Source: an uncultured Verrucomicrobiae bacterium
GTDB lineage: Bacteria > Verrucomicrobiota > Verrucomicrobiia > Palsa-1439
DNA: 64,000 bases
Assembly: GCA_963836315.1 (NCBI GenBank)
Contig: CAWIJG010000002.1
Location: 1,447,786 to 1,511,785, forward strand
Reading direction: 5' to 3'
Under the pieces are notes generated by a model. It had not been told where the DNA came from and searched no databases. It saw only the letters and a program-made list of their open reading frames with translations. This document shows positions 30,534-40,235 of this stretch, piece by piece; position 1 is the first letter of the stretch, and every line of letters begins with the position of its first letter. The position numbers were made by a program, and so were the translations under genes.

Positions 30534-30719
30534 ATGCAAAAGAAAATGACCGTCGAGAATTGGATTGCCCTGTTCCGGGAACTGGGGCTTGATGATGCGC
30601 AAATGCAGAAATGGCATCGTTTGTTCGAGGCGCGATATCCGGAGGGGCACCAGAGTTTCCTGGAATGGTTGGGGTTGCCACCGGAAAAATGTGCGCTCAT
30701 CCGCACCCAGAGCCGGTAG
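30534..30719 (+). CDS. Stand-alone homolog of the adjacent MerR C-terminal effector domain (61 aa)
   Basis: RBS AAGGAAG; 24 of 56 aligned residues identical to the MerR C-terminus (W..L.R..G.DD..M..WH..FE.R.PE.HQ.FL..LG.P). Confidence 0.85.
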   Translation: MQKKMTVENWIALFRELGLDDAQMQKWHRLFEARYPEGHQSFLEWLGLPPEKCALIRTQSR

Positions 30720-30773
30720 CCGATCCGGGGCGGTGGCAACCGGCGACCGCGGCCCCGCGGCCGGCCTGACATC

Positions 30774-31316
30774 ATGAAATCTTGCACGATTACGAAGCTC
30801 GCCCGTTCGTTTGGATTGTCGCGCAGCACGCTGCTCTATTACGACCGGATGGGCCTGTTGCCGGCTTCGGGGCGAACCGCGGCCGGCTATCGCTGCTATA
30901 CGGATCGGGACCGCGAGCGGCTGGAACGAATCTGTGACTTCCGCCAGGCCGGGCTGGCTCTCGCGGACATCCGGATGCTTCTTTCATCGAAAGGCAAAGC
31001 CCGCGCGAAAGTCCTGGAACGACGGTTCCGCGAATTGGGGAACGAACTTCTCGATTTGAGAAGCAAGCAACACTTGCTGGCCAAGATGTTGAAGGGCATG
31101 GCTGCGGGCGGCTGTCCGCCAGCCGTGGACAAAGACATGTGGGTGGAGATGTTGCGGGCCGCGGGCATGGACGATCGGGCCATGGCACGCTGGCATGCGG
31201 AATTTGAACGGAGAGCCCCGGAGGCGCACCAGAAGTTCCTCGCATCGCTCGGCATTCCGAAAAACGAAATCCTCCGGATTCGGACGTGGTCGGCCGGGTC
31301 CTGGAGGGGAGTGTAG
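30774..31316 (+). CDS. MerR-family transcriptional regulator
   Basis: TITKLARSFGLSRSTLLYYDRMGLL...GYRCY...RLERICDFRQAGLAL; coiled coil; C-terminal effector domain. Confidence 0.95.
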   Translation: MKSCTITKLARSFGLSRSTLLYYDRMGLLPASGRTAAGYRCYTDRDRERLERICDFRQAGLALADIRMLLSSKGKARAKVLERRFRELGNELLDLRSKQHLLAKMLKGMAAGGCPPAVDKDMWVEMLRAAGMDDRAMARWHAEFERRAPEAHQKFLASLGIPKNEILRIRTWSAGSWRGV

Positions 31317-31427
31317 GAAGACCTTCGGCCCGACAAACCGGCGCGGCTATAGGAGAGCGCCCAGCCGCAGGTCTGAGGCTTCGGGAAAACCGTTGGCAGA
31401 AGGTATGATTATGGATAGCATGCGGGC

Positions 31428-32303
31428 ATGAACAAGCTTCCGGATACGGTTCGGATTGAGGCGGGACGGGGTGGGTTGCGCCGCCTGGTGATTGGGACGG
31501 CACAGGCTGACGCGGAGATCTATCTGCAGGGGGCGCACGTGACGCATTTCCAGCCGCACGGTGCAAAACCGGTGCTGTTCATGAGCGCGAAGAGTTGGTT
31601 CGAACCAGGCAAACCGATTCGCGGCGGGGTGCCGATTTGTTTTCCGTGGTTCGGCCCGCGACAGGACGGGAAACCGGGCGCCGCGCACGGGTTCGCGCGG
31701 TTGCTGGAGTGGGAATTGACCGCGGCGGAGCAGGTCGGCGATGGCCCCGTCGAAATCGGGTTGCGGCTGGTGTCCAACGACGCGACCCGCAAGGAATGGG
31801 ACGGAGAATTTGAAGCGGAGTACCGCGTGACCGTCGGCGCGGCGCTGGGCTTGCGGTTGCGCGTACGGAATACCGCCCAACAGCCATTGCGCATCGAGGA
31901 AGCACTGCACACCTATTTGGCGGTTGATGATGTACGGCAGGTGACCATCGAAGGGTTGGCGGGCACGGCGTATTCGGACCGGGTCGGGACGCCCCACGAG
32001 GAGACCGAAGGCGCGGCCCCCATTCGCATCACGGCCGAGACGGACCGGATCTACAGGAACACGCATGCCATGTGTGTGGCGCACGACCCCGGTTGGAAGC
32101 GGCGGTTGGTGATCGAGAAGACCGGCTCGGACGCCACGGTCGTGTGGAATCCATGGATTGCCAAAGCCAAGGCGATGCCTGATTTCGGCGACGACGAATG
32201 GCCGTCGATGTTGTGCATCGAAACCTGCAACGTCCGCGAGCACGCCGTGACCATCGCGCACGGCCAGTCGCACGGCATGGGAGCCGTCATTCGCGTGGAA
32301 TGA
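31428..32303 (+). CDS. D-hexose-6-phosphate mutarotase (YeaD-like aldose 1-epimerase family)
   Basis: QGAHVTHF, PIRGGVPICFPWFG, HGFAR, EALHTYL, VVWNPW, MLCIE. Confidence 0.93.
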   Translation: MNKLPDTVRIEAGRGGLRRLVIGTAQADAEIYLQGAHVTHFQPHGAKPVLFMSAKSWFEPGKPIRGGVPICFPWFGPRQDGKPGAAHGFARLLEWELTAAEQVGDGPVEIGLRLVSNDATRKEWDGEFEAEYRVTVGAALGLRLRVRNTAQQPLRIEEALHTYLAVDDVRQVTIEGLAGTAYSDRVGTPHEETEGAAPIRITAETDRIYRNTHAMCVAHDPGWKRRLVIEKTGSDATVVWNPWIAKAKAMPDFGDDEWPSMLCIETCNVREHAVTIAHGQSHGMGAVIRVE

Positions 32304-32424
32304 ACCGCCACCGCTTGGCGGATTCTTTCCCGGCGGCGGATGTTCCCGACACAGATGCGCCTGGCATCCGGATGATTTACCCCTTGCCGACCTCGGGTAC
32401 TGCCAGTAGCTTTCACGACCTCTC

Positions 32425-34302
32425 ATGTTGACGATCTCGGAAATGACGAAGGCGTTTGGGGCGCGCGTGCTCTTTGAGGACGCGTCGCTGCAGGTCAATC
32501 GTGGCGACCGCATCGGGTTGGTCGGGCCGAATGGCGCGGGCAAGTCCACATTGTTCTCACTCGTGCTCGGCCACGATTGGCCCGACGCGGGCGAGGTGTC
32601 CATCGAACGCAACACGACCGTCGGTCATCTGCCGCAGGAAACGGCGCCGGTCGGCGACGAGACGGTGTTGGAGTTGGCGACAGCCATTCCGGCGGAAGCC
32701 GCTGAATTTCTTGGCCAGCAACTCGCGCCGAAGGCGAAGAAGATTCTGGCCGGGCTGGCGTTTCGTGAACGGGATTTCGACCGTCCGCTGAAGGCGATGA
32801 GCGGCGGCTGGGTGATGCGGGCGCACCTGGCCCGGTTGCTCGTGCAAGAGCCGGATCTGCTGCTGCTCGACGAACCGACCAATCATCTCGACCTCGAAGC
32901 GTTGCGGTGGTTCCAGGAATACTTGAAAACGTATCCCGGCGGAATCGTGGTTATCTCGCACGACCGTGAGTTTTTGAACCAACTCGTCGGCAGCATTGTG
33001 GACATTCGCCAGAGCCGGTTGCTGCGGTATCGCGGCAACTACGACGAGTATCTGGTCCAGCGCGCGGCGCAGGCGGAGCAGCATCTGGCGGCTTACAAGA
33101 ACCAGCAGCGCGACATCCAGCGGCTGCAGGAGTTCGCCGACCGGTTTCGCGCCAAGGCCAGCAAAGCCTCGCAGGCCCAGGCCAAGCTCAAGCAGATCGA
33201 ACGCATGGACAAGATCGAGGCGCCGGTGAACGAAGCGCGGTCGATCAAGTTCCGATTCCCGCAACCGACGCGCAGCGGACAGCGCGTCATCACCCTCAAG
33301 GGCATCCACCACGCCTACGGCGAGACCGTGGTGTATCGCGGTATGAACTTCGAGGCCGAACGCGGTCAGCGCATCGTGCTGGTCGGCCCGAACGGCGCGG
33401 GCAAGTCCACGCTGTTGAAACTCCTGGCCGGGGTGTTGCCGGTACAATCCGGCACGCGCGAACCAGGTTTGAACACGAAGGTGGGGTACTACGCCCAGTA
33501 TCGCGTGGAGATGCTGAACGCCGATCGCACCGTGGTCGAAGAAGCGCTCGACACCCCGCAGCGGGTGTCGGAGCAACTCGTGCGCACCGTGCTCGGTTCG
33601 TTTCTGTTTCGCGGCGACGACGTATTCAAATCGGTCGGCGTGCTCAGTGGCGGCGAGAAAAGCCGGTTGGCGTTGGTCAAACTGTTGCTCGATCCGCCGA
33701 ACCTGCTGTTGATGGACGAGCCGACCACGCACCTAGACATGGCGAGCATCGATGCGCTGATTCACGCGCTCGAGCATTACGAAGGCACGCTGATCTTCAT
33801 CAGCCACGATGTGTATTTCATCCGCAAACTGGCGAAACACGTCCTGCACGTGAACGCCGGCAAACTCACACCGTACCACGGCGACTACCAGTACTATCTC
33901 GAGAAATCCGCCGCCACCTCGGCGCAGGCGGCCCTCACCGCCGGTGCGACCAAAACGGCCACGCCCGCCGTTGTCCCCGCCGATCGTTCGCGCGTGAAGG
34001 ATCGCGAGCGAAAGCGGTTCGAAGCCGAAGCCCGTCAGGCGCGGGCGCGCGAACGGCAGGCGCTGCAGCACACCGTGCGCGAACTGGAGAAGGAAATCGC
34101 GCGACTGGAGCAATTGCAGAAGGACTTCACCGCGGAGTTGGAGAATCCCGAGACCTACCAGAAACCCGGTCGGGCCGTGGCGGTGAACCGGGAATTGAGC
34201 GCCGTCACCGAAGATCTCGCGCGCACCGTGGCGGATTGGGAGGAAGCCGGAACGCGGCTGGGCGAGTTGTTGGCGGAGGCCGCGCCGTCGCCCCAAAAAT
34301 AA
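32425..34302 (+). CDS. ABC-F family ATP-binding protein
   Basis: Two GPNGAGKS Walker A motifs, MSGGW and LSGGEK signatures, two DEPTN/THLD motifs, inter-ABC linker, C-terminal coiled coil. Confidence 0.95.
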   Translation: MLTISEMTKAFGARVLFEDASLQVNRGDRIGLVGPNGAGKSTLFSLVLGHDWPDAGEVSIERNTTVGHLPQETAPVGDETVLELATAIPAEAAEFLGQQLAPKAKKILAGLAFRERDFDRPLKAMSGGWVMRAHLARLLVQEPDLLLLDEPTNHLDLEALRWFQEYLKTYPGGIVVISHDREFLNQLVGSIVDIRQSRLLRYRGNYDEYLVQRAAQAEQHLAAYKNQQRDIQRLQEFADRFRAKASKASQAQAKLKQIERMDKIEAPVNEARSIKFRFPQPTRSGQRVITLKGIHHAYGETVVYRGMNFEAERGQRIVLVGPNGAGKSTLLKLLAGVLPVQSGTREPGLNTKVGYYAQYRVEMLNADRTVVEEALDTPQRVSEQLVRTVLGSFLFRGDDVFKSVGVLSGGEKSRLALVKLLLDPPNLLLMDEPTTHLDMASIDALIHALEHYEGTLIFISHDVYFIRKLAKHVLHVNAGKLTPYHGDYQYYLEKSAATSAQAALTAGATKTATPAVVPADRSRVKDRERKRFEAEARQARARERQALQHTVRELEKEIARLEQLQKDFTAELENPETYQKPGRAVAVNRELSAVTEDLARTVADWEEAGTRLGELLAEAAPSPQK

Positions 34303-34476
34303 CTATTGCTATTCTGGCGGGATGCCCTATGGTTACGGAGCTAGCAGATAGAAGCAGTTGCAGTGAGATTGGTGGAATGTCAGTCAGGCCTCGCAGCTCG
34401 GTGACAGTCCGAAACCCGAATCGTTCGGGAACAGTCACTGAGACCTCCTAATCGCAGCAGAAAGAATAAACACATA

Positions 34477-34806
34477 ATGGCTACCAAGCTATTCGTAGGA
34501 AATCTGTCGTTCAACACCAGCGAAGGGGACATCCTCGACCTGTTCAAACAGGCGGGCAACGTCACCAGCTGTGAACTCATCATGGACAAGTTCACCAACA
34601 AGTCCCGTGGGTTCGCCTTCGTGCAAATGGGCACGCAGGAAGAGGCCACCAAGGCCATTGCCGATCTTAACGGCAAGGAATTGGATGGTCGCGCGTTGAC
34701 CGTCAACGAAGCCAAGCCCCGTGAAGACCGCCCCCGTGGCGGTGGCGGCGGTTTCGGCGGTGGCGATCGCGGTGGACGCAAGTTCGCCGGCAGCAATCGC
34801 TTCTAA
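34477..34806 (+). CDS. RRM (RNP-1) RNA-binding protein with Gly-rich tail
   Basis: KLFVGNL (RNP2), KSRGFAFVQM (RNP1), LTVNEAKPREDR, GGGG tail. Confidence 0.95.
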   Translation: MATKLFVGNLSFNTSEGDILDLFKQAGNVTSCELIMDKFTNKSRGFAFVQMGTQEEATKAIADLNGKELDGRALTVNEAKPREDRPRGGGGGFGGGDRGGRKFAGSNRF

Positions 34807-34834
34807 CCCTTTTCAGAGTTAGTCGTTCAAACAG

Positions 34835-34870
34835 AAAGGCGTCCCGTGCAAACGGGGCGCCTTTTCTTTT
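34835..34870. terminator. Intrinsic, probably bidirectional terminator
   Basis: AAAGGCGTCCCG-tgcaaa-CGGGGCGCCTTT-TCTTTT between two convergent genes. Confidence 0.85.
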
Positions 34871-34888
34871 GGCTCGGTCTCGCGGCTT

Positions 34889-35302
34889 CTATTCCAACCC
34901 CACCGGCCGGCGGGATTGTTTCTTCTCGCCATGACGGGACTTGTTGTCGAGCATCCGCTGGGTGGCGCGTCGGCTGCGACGACGTTTCTGGCGGCGGATC
35001 TTTTCGACGCGCGTGCGCTCGGCATCGACGTAACCCTTTTTGAGCGCCTCGATCTTGTCGAGCAGGAGACGTCGTGCGAGATAGCGATTGAGCCCCTGCG
35101 AGCGCGTGGTCTGGCATTTGACCTGGAGACGTGTCGGGCCGTGGAGCAACATCACGCACGTGGCGGTCTTGTTGACGTTCTGGCCGCCGTGACCGCCTGA
35201 ACGGACGAACGTCTCTTCAATGTCGGCTTCCCGCACGCCGAGCGCGGCCATGCGCTGCGCGAGTTGGGTTTCCTTCTCCGGGCTGACAGGGAACGCGCTC
35301 AC
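34889..35302 (-). CDS. arfB: ArfB/YaeJ-like peptidyl-tRNA hydrolase (stand-alone RF-1 domain)
   Basis: FVRSGGHGGQNVNK, VKCQTTRSQGLNR, basic C-terminal tail. Confidence 0.85.
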   Translation of the reverse strand: MSAFPVSPEKETQLAQRMAALGVREADIEETFVRSGGHGGQNVNKTATCVMLLHGPTRLQVKCQTTRSQGLNRYLARRLLLDKIEALKKGYVDAERTRVEKIRRQKRRRSRRATQRMLDNKSRHGEKKQSRRPVGLE

Positions 35303-35407
35303 GACCCCAGCGTAACCGGCCCTGGCTGGAAAGACAATGGAGAGGTGCGGCTTTTTCGTTGATGCGCGCGCCGCGGGACGTTACAAGATTTGAGGGCGGT
35401 GATTCTG

Positions 35408-35454
35408 ATGAGCAAACCGATTCGTGTCATTCAATATGGACTGGGCGCCATCGG
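35408..35454 (+). repeat. 47-bp direct repeat, left copy (5' end of the FKBP gene)
   Basis: 42/47 identical to 41555-41601; the last 26 nt are identical. Confidence 0.9.
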
Positions 35455-36859
35455 ACTGTGCACCATCGTCCTCGCGCCCGCCTTACCTCAACCGACGCCG
35501 GCTGTCATCTCTGCGACTCCCGTGTCGGCCTTTACCGATCAGCAAATCATCGAGACCTGGGGCTGGATCATCGCGCAGGAGCACAAAGTCGCCGGGATCG
35601 AGATCAAGGAAACCGAGATTCGCGATTTCTTGAAAGGGTTTTTCGCCGGTGTCAAGGGTCAGCCATCTCCGTACGATTCGCAAAAAGCGTATCCGAACGT
35701 GGAACGGCTGGCCAAAGCGCGGCGGAAACAAGTCGTGCGCGCCATCGAGCAGAAGAATGAGGCTGAGGCCAGGGCATTCTTCGACGGACTGAAGCTGAAT
35801 CCAGGCGTCGTCGAACTACCCGGTGGCGCCCGGTGTGAAATCATCAAACGCGGCAGCGGTCCCTTGGCGAAGCCGCAGCAGACCGTGAACGTGCACTACA
35901 CCGGACGCCTTATCAATGGCGGGGAGTTTACCCAATTCGGGCCTCTTGATATGGTGCTGGTGCCCAATCGAAGCGTTTGCCGTGGCTGGTTCGACGCGGT
36001 GCAGAAGATCAACAAGGGCGGCACGATCAAGCTGTACGTTCCGCCGCCACTGCCTGAAGATGAGGCTCTCAAGTGGGGCATTCCGCCGGGCTCGATGATG
36101 GTTTTTGAAATCGAATTGCTCGCCATCAAGGAGACTTCCGCGCAGGATTTGGAGAACGCCTTGATTCCGCCGGCACCGGACCTCGAGCCGCCTCCGCCTT
36201 CCGGCTATAGCGAGTCACAGGTCCTCGAGTGCTGGGGCTGGAACATTGCGCGGAATGCGCGCGCCAACAAATGTGAATTGAGTGACGCGGAGATCTCCTG
36301 GCTTGCGAACGGTCTTGCCGCCGGGATCAAAGGCGAACCATTGTCGGTCAACCCGCAAGAAATCGGTTCGGTCTTGGATAAGTTTGTCGCCGACCGCCGT
36401 GAACGAATCCGCAGTGCGGATCGGCGGAAACAGTTTGACGAGATGAATCGGTTCTTCTCCGGGCTGGAGGCGAACACGAATGTCGTCGAACTGCCCGACG
36501 GGTTGCGTTACGAAATCATCCATCCCGGCGGCGGTCCGTATCCGAAACCGGGTCAAATTGTGCTCGTGGACTACACTGCGAGCCTGCTCAATGGAACGGT
36601 GTTCGACAAGACTTATAACGAACCACTGCACGTCCAGATCGGGTCGGTCATCCCGGGTTGGAATGAGGGAATCCAAAAGATTAACAAGGGCGGCAGGATC
36701 AAGCTCTACATTTCGCCCTCGCTTGGCTACGGGGACGAGGACTCATCCGGCGTCGTGGCGCCCATCCCGGCCAACTCGACGCTGATTTACGACATTGAAC
36801 TGCTGGACATCCAGGATGCGCCCGAGAACGCCCCCGCGCCTTCCCCGGGGAAAAAGTGA
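35408..36859 (+). CDS. Tandem-duplicated Mip/FkpA-type FKBP peptidyl-prolyl isomerase
   Basis: Two FKBP_N + FKBP_C modules (VHYTGRLING...GW...KGGTIKLYVP; VDYTASLLNGTVFD...VIPGWNEG...LGYG); start at ATG 35408. Confidence 0.9.
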   Translation: MSKPIRVIQYGLGAIGLCTIVLAPALPQPTPAVISATPVSAFTDQQIIETWGWIIAQEHKVAGIEIKETEIRDFLKGFFAGVKGQPSPYDSQKAYPNVERLAKARRKQVVRAIEQKNEAEARAFFDGLKLNPGVVELPGGARCEIIKRGSGPLAKPQQTVNVHYTGRLINGGEFTQFGPLDMVLVPNRSVCRGWFDAVQKINKGGTIKLYVPPPLPEDEALKWGIPPGSMMVFEIELLAIKETSAQDLENALIPPAPDLEPPPPSGYSESQVLECWGWNIARNARANKCELSDAEISWLANGLAAGIKGEPLSVNPQEIGSVLDKFVADRRERIRSADRRKQFDEMNRFFSGLEANTNVVELPDGLRYEIIHPGGGPYPKPGQIVLVDYTASLLNGTVFDKTYNEPLHVQIGSVIPGWNEGIQKINKGGRIKLYISPSLGYGDEDSSGVVAPIPANSTLIYDIELLDIQDAPENAPAPSPGKK

Positions 36860-36861
36860 GC

Positions 36862-38904
36862 TTACGGTTGGTTGCGGTTGAGATCCCCGACCGGTTTCCC
36901 GCGCAATTGCGCAAGTGTTTCAGAAGCGTCGGATAAACCCGGGTCAAGCTGCAAAGCCTGCTCCAAATGGCGGATGGCTTCCTCGGTTTTCTCCAGTGTC
37001 GCCTCCGCCAGTCCCAGCCCCAAATATGCAGCGGCATAGTTGGCCCGGCTGTCGATCGCAGCCTGAAAATGCGGGATGGCGTCTGCCATCTGGTTCCGGC
37101 TGAAGAGCAGGACACCGACATTGTATTGGGCGTCGGCGAATCCCGGCCTCAACTCAATTGCGTGACGATACTTGTCCAACGCCTCCTCGGAGCGGCCCAA
37201 ATCTTCCAGCGCCGAGCCGAGTCCGTAATAAGCGTTGGCGTCGTTTGGATCCAGTGCCAATGCCCGATGGTAGTGCGCGCAGGACTCGTCTGCACGATTG
37301 AGAGCTCGGAGCGAATCGGCCAAACTGCATTGGGCATGCGCGAAATTTGGATTCAATTGGAGGACCTTTTCATAATGCGACAACGCCTCGTAATCGCGAT
37401 TGAGAAAGGCCAGGGCATTGGCATAGCGGTAATGCGCCTCGGCGTGGTCCGGCTTGATCCTCAACACCTCCGCGTAGGCGGCCAACGCCTCGTCGCTATG
37501 GCCAAGTCTTTCAAGGACGATCCCGAGTCGGAAACGGGCGGTGACGTAATCGGGTTTGATTTCGAGCGCGCGTCGAAAATAAAAGCGGGCCTTGTCGAGA
37601 CGACCCTCATTGAACAAAGCGCTGCCGAGATAACAGTGGGCCAGATAGTTGTTTTCCGTCACGGCCAGCGCATGTTCATAAAGAGTATGCGAGTTCTGCC
37701 AGACTGCCAGTTGATTCCATGTGCGGGCCGCGCAACCCGCCAGCGCCAGCGCGACCGCTGCGGTCGCCAGCCTCCGCGTGGTTGAAGAAGACAACGTCCA
37801 TTCGCGCACCGTCCAAAGCAGCGCGAGTTGCACGCCGAGGATCGGCAGGTAGGTATAACGGTCGGCCTTGGCCTGAAGTCCTACCTGCACGAGCCCGATG
37901 ACCGGCACGAGCATGCCGAGAAACCACAGCCAGCCCGTCGCCAACCACGGACGTCGGCGCCATTGCCACAGCGCCACGCCAGTGACCGCCAGCGTCAGCA
38001 CGGTTCCGACCGCCACGGTGGCGACCGGCCAGTGCCGGGGAAGCGGGTACCCCACCGCCAAATCGAATGGCCAAAAGAACTTGCCAAGATAACTGACAAC
38101 CGACATTACGGCATTTTCCAGCCGAACATCAAAGGACAACCTCTCGGCGACGGCGCCGCCGTTTCTTTGGACGAGATACGTCACAACGCACGACGCGGCC
38201 GACAATGCGAAGAACGGCGTTTTCTCGAGCCAAAGCGAGGCGGTTATCCCTGTCGAACCGGCACGTCGTAGCGGCCACCGGTCGAGAAGCAACAACAGAC
38301 ACGGCAATGTCACCAGCATGGGTTTGGACAGGAGCCCAGCCGCAAACGCCGCAACGGCGAGCATGTAATGTCGCCACGCCAGGGGATTGTTTTCCTGGCG
38401 CTTCTCCGCATAGACAGCGTACGCCCAGAGGGTCAGCAGCCCGAAGAAAGCGCAGAGCAGATCCTTGCGTTCGGACACCCACGCCACCGACTCGACGCGC
38501 AGCGGGTGCCACGCGAACAACGCGGCACACACGGCGCTCGTCCAAAACGCACCCGTCAGTCGTCGTAGCGCAAGGAACGCCATTACCGCGTTGAGTGCGT
38601 GCCAAAAAATGTTTGTGGTGTGGTGTCCGTGCGGATTGGATCCGAAGAGTTGGCAATCCAGCATGTGCGAGAGCCACGTGAGCGGATGCCAGTTGCCGGC
38701 ATCGCCCGAAGTGAATGCCCACTGGATTCCCGTCCTGGTGATTCCACTTTGAACATGGATATTCCGGGTAATGTAATCCGGATCGTCGAGGTCGAGAAAA
38801 TCATGGTTCACCGCGCGACTGAAGAGCAACAGCGTGCCGCAAAACAGCGTGGCGCAGACGGCGTACAAGCGCCAGCCGGACCGTTCCGCCGTCGGCCGTT
38901 TCAT
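36862..38904 (-). CDS. TMTC-like membrane glycosyltransferase (GT-C) with C-terminal TPRs
   Basis: DFLDLDDPDY, WHPLTWLSH, FAWHPLRVESVAWVSERKD, SKPMLVT, DRYTYLP, followed by about 6-7 TPRs. Confidence 0.88.
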   Translation of the reverse strand: MKRPTAERSGWRLYAVCATLFCGTLLLFSRAVNHDFLDLDDPDYITRNIHVQSGITRTGIQWAFTSGDAGNWHPLTWLSHMLDCQLFGSNPHGHHTTNIFWHALNAVMAFLALRRLTGAFWTSAVCAALFAWHPLRVESVAWVSERKDLLCAFFGLLTLWAYAVYAEKRQENNPLAWRHYMLAVAAFAAGLLSKPMLVTLPCLLLLLDRWPLRRAGSTGITASLWLEKTPFFALSAASCVVTYLVQRNGGAVAERLSFDVRLENAVMSVVSYLGKFFWPFDLAVGYPLPRHWPVATVAVGTVLTLAVTGVALWQWRRRPWLATGWLWFLGMLVPVIGLVQVGLQAKADRYTYLPILGVQLALLWTVREWTLSSSTTRRLATAAVALALAGCAARTWNQLAVWQNSHTLYEHALAVTENNYLAHCYLGSALFNEGRLDKARFYFRRALEIKPDYVTARFRLGIVLERLGHSDEALAAYAEVLRIKPDHAEAHYRYANALAFLNRDYEALSHYEKVLQLNPNFAHAQCSLADSLRALNRADESCAHYHRALALDPNDANAYYGLGSALEDLGRSEEALDKYRHAIELRPGFADAQYNVGVLLFSRNQMADAIPHFQAAIDSRANYAAAYLGLGLAEATLEKTEEAIRHLEQALQLDPGLSDASETLAQLRGKPVGDLNRNQP

Positions 38905-40152
38905 TGTGACGCCGACTGACCCTTGAGCGTCGCGATGACCCCGGTGATTTCTTGTCGGTCTTCCGGCAGCAGGTCCTTGGTCGTTTGGAAATACCGTTCG
39001 GCTGCGGGAAGATCAACCGTCACCCAATTCCGCAGCACTGTAACCAAGGTTTCCGAGCGCAGCTTGGGGTTGACGACGCTGACAGCCCAGCTGATTGCCA
39101 AATCGGGTTTGAGGGAATCCATCGTTGCCACTGCCGCAGCACCCTGATCCGTATCCGGCCCGGTCTCGTGGCTATTGATCCATTGGGAGGCCGCTTCGGG
39201 ATCATGTTTGACCCAACGTTCCAGCGACTGGCTCAGTAGCGAGCCGCGCTCGGCATCCGACGGCAACTGCATCACGAACTGAACGAGTGCTGCGGGATCA
39301 GCTTCCGCCCAGCCGCCGACGATGCCATGGAGCGCCTGATTTCTCACGTCCGGGTCTTCGATGGCAGCGGCCGCCTGGGAGGCTTGCGCCGGCTGGAATT
39401 CCGCCCATCGTGAATACGCTCCGGCCATCCAGCCCGAACGGGTTTCCTCGTCGCCGGCGGCGGCCATGTGGGCGGCGGTTTCAAAGTCGCCCGCATCGCA
39501 CAAGGCGTTGATCAAGCTGGAGCCATACCCGCGGGCTTCGTCGGGGTTATTGCGAATCAGGGACAGGCCAAGGGCCACCGCACCGTCGGGATTGGCGGCA
39601 ACCGCACCAGTAAACACTGTTGATAGCGCCCTTTCGCGATCATTGGAATCGGGCAAGGCGAGCGCCCAACTGGCGGCGTTGGTCGGTGACGAGCGCGCCC
39701 AGCCGCGCAACGAGGCTTGGACCAACGCTTCGCGCAATTTCAAGTTGCCTTCGGCTTGGGCGACGGTCATGGCGCGGGTGGGATCAACAGCCGCCAGTTT
39801 TTCCAACAGGTTGGCGAGCGTGGCGTTGCGCGTGGGAGTACCGGGTTTGGACAACGAGCATGTTGCCATTGTTGTTCACCCCAACCCGACAGCGGTGCCG
39901 GGGTTGCTTGAGTCTGGGTTTCAGCAACGGAAGCGGCAATCGGCTTACCGGCGGATGAGGTGACGCCTTCGCCGCACGCGGGCGATATGGAATTGTTGGA
40001 TTGTGCCTGAGGCGATTCCGGGCGCGCCTGGTTGGACCGTGAAAGTCGGCCGACGCAAGAAACAAACCACTCCCGATTACAATACCGCCGCACAGTGTCA
40101 GCGACTTATTCCAGCGAGACTTGACGAAGCGGAAGTGCAGGCACCGGATCAT
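38901..40152 (-). CDS. Membrane-anchored helical-repeat hypothetical protein; one gene broken by two apparent frameshifts (about 40040 and 39855)
   Basis: TM segment in the frame of 39784..40152, Ser/Pro linker in the frame of 39767..40093, and repeats (WAxxDPxAAxxW type) in 38901..39869 join into one coherent protein. Confidence 0.65.
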
Positions 40153-40235
40153 TAATCGATTTACCGGCCTGAGACAACTATGGGGACAAGGCGAGTGCCA
40201 AGATCCCCATAGCGTGAAGCAGGCAGACGACCTTG

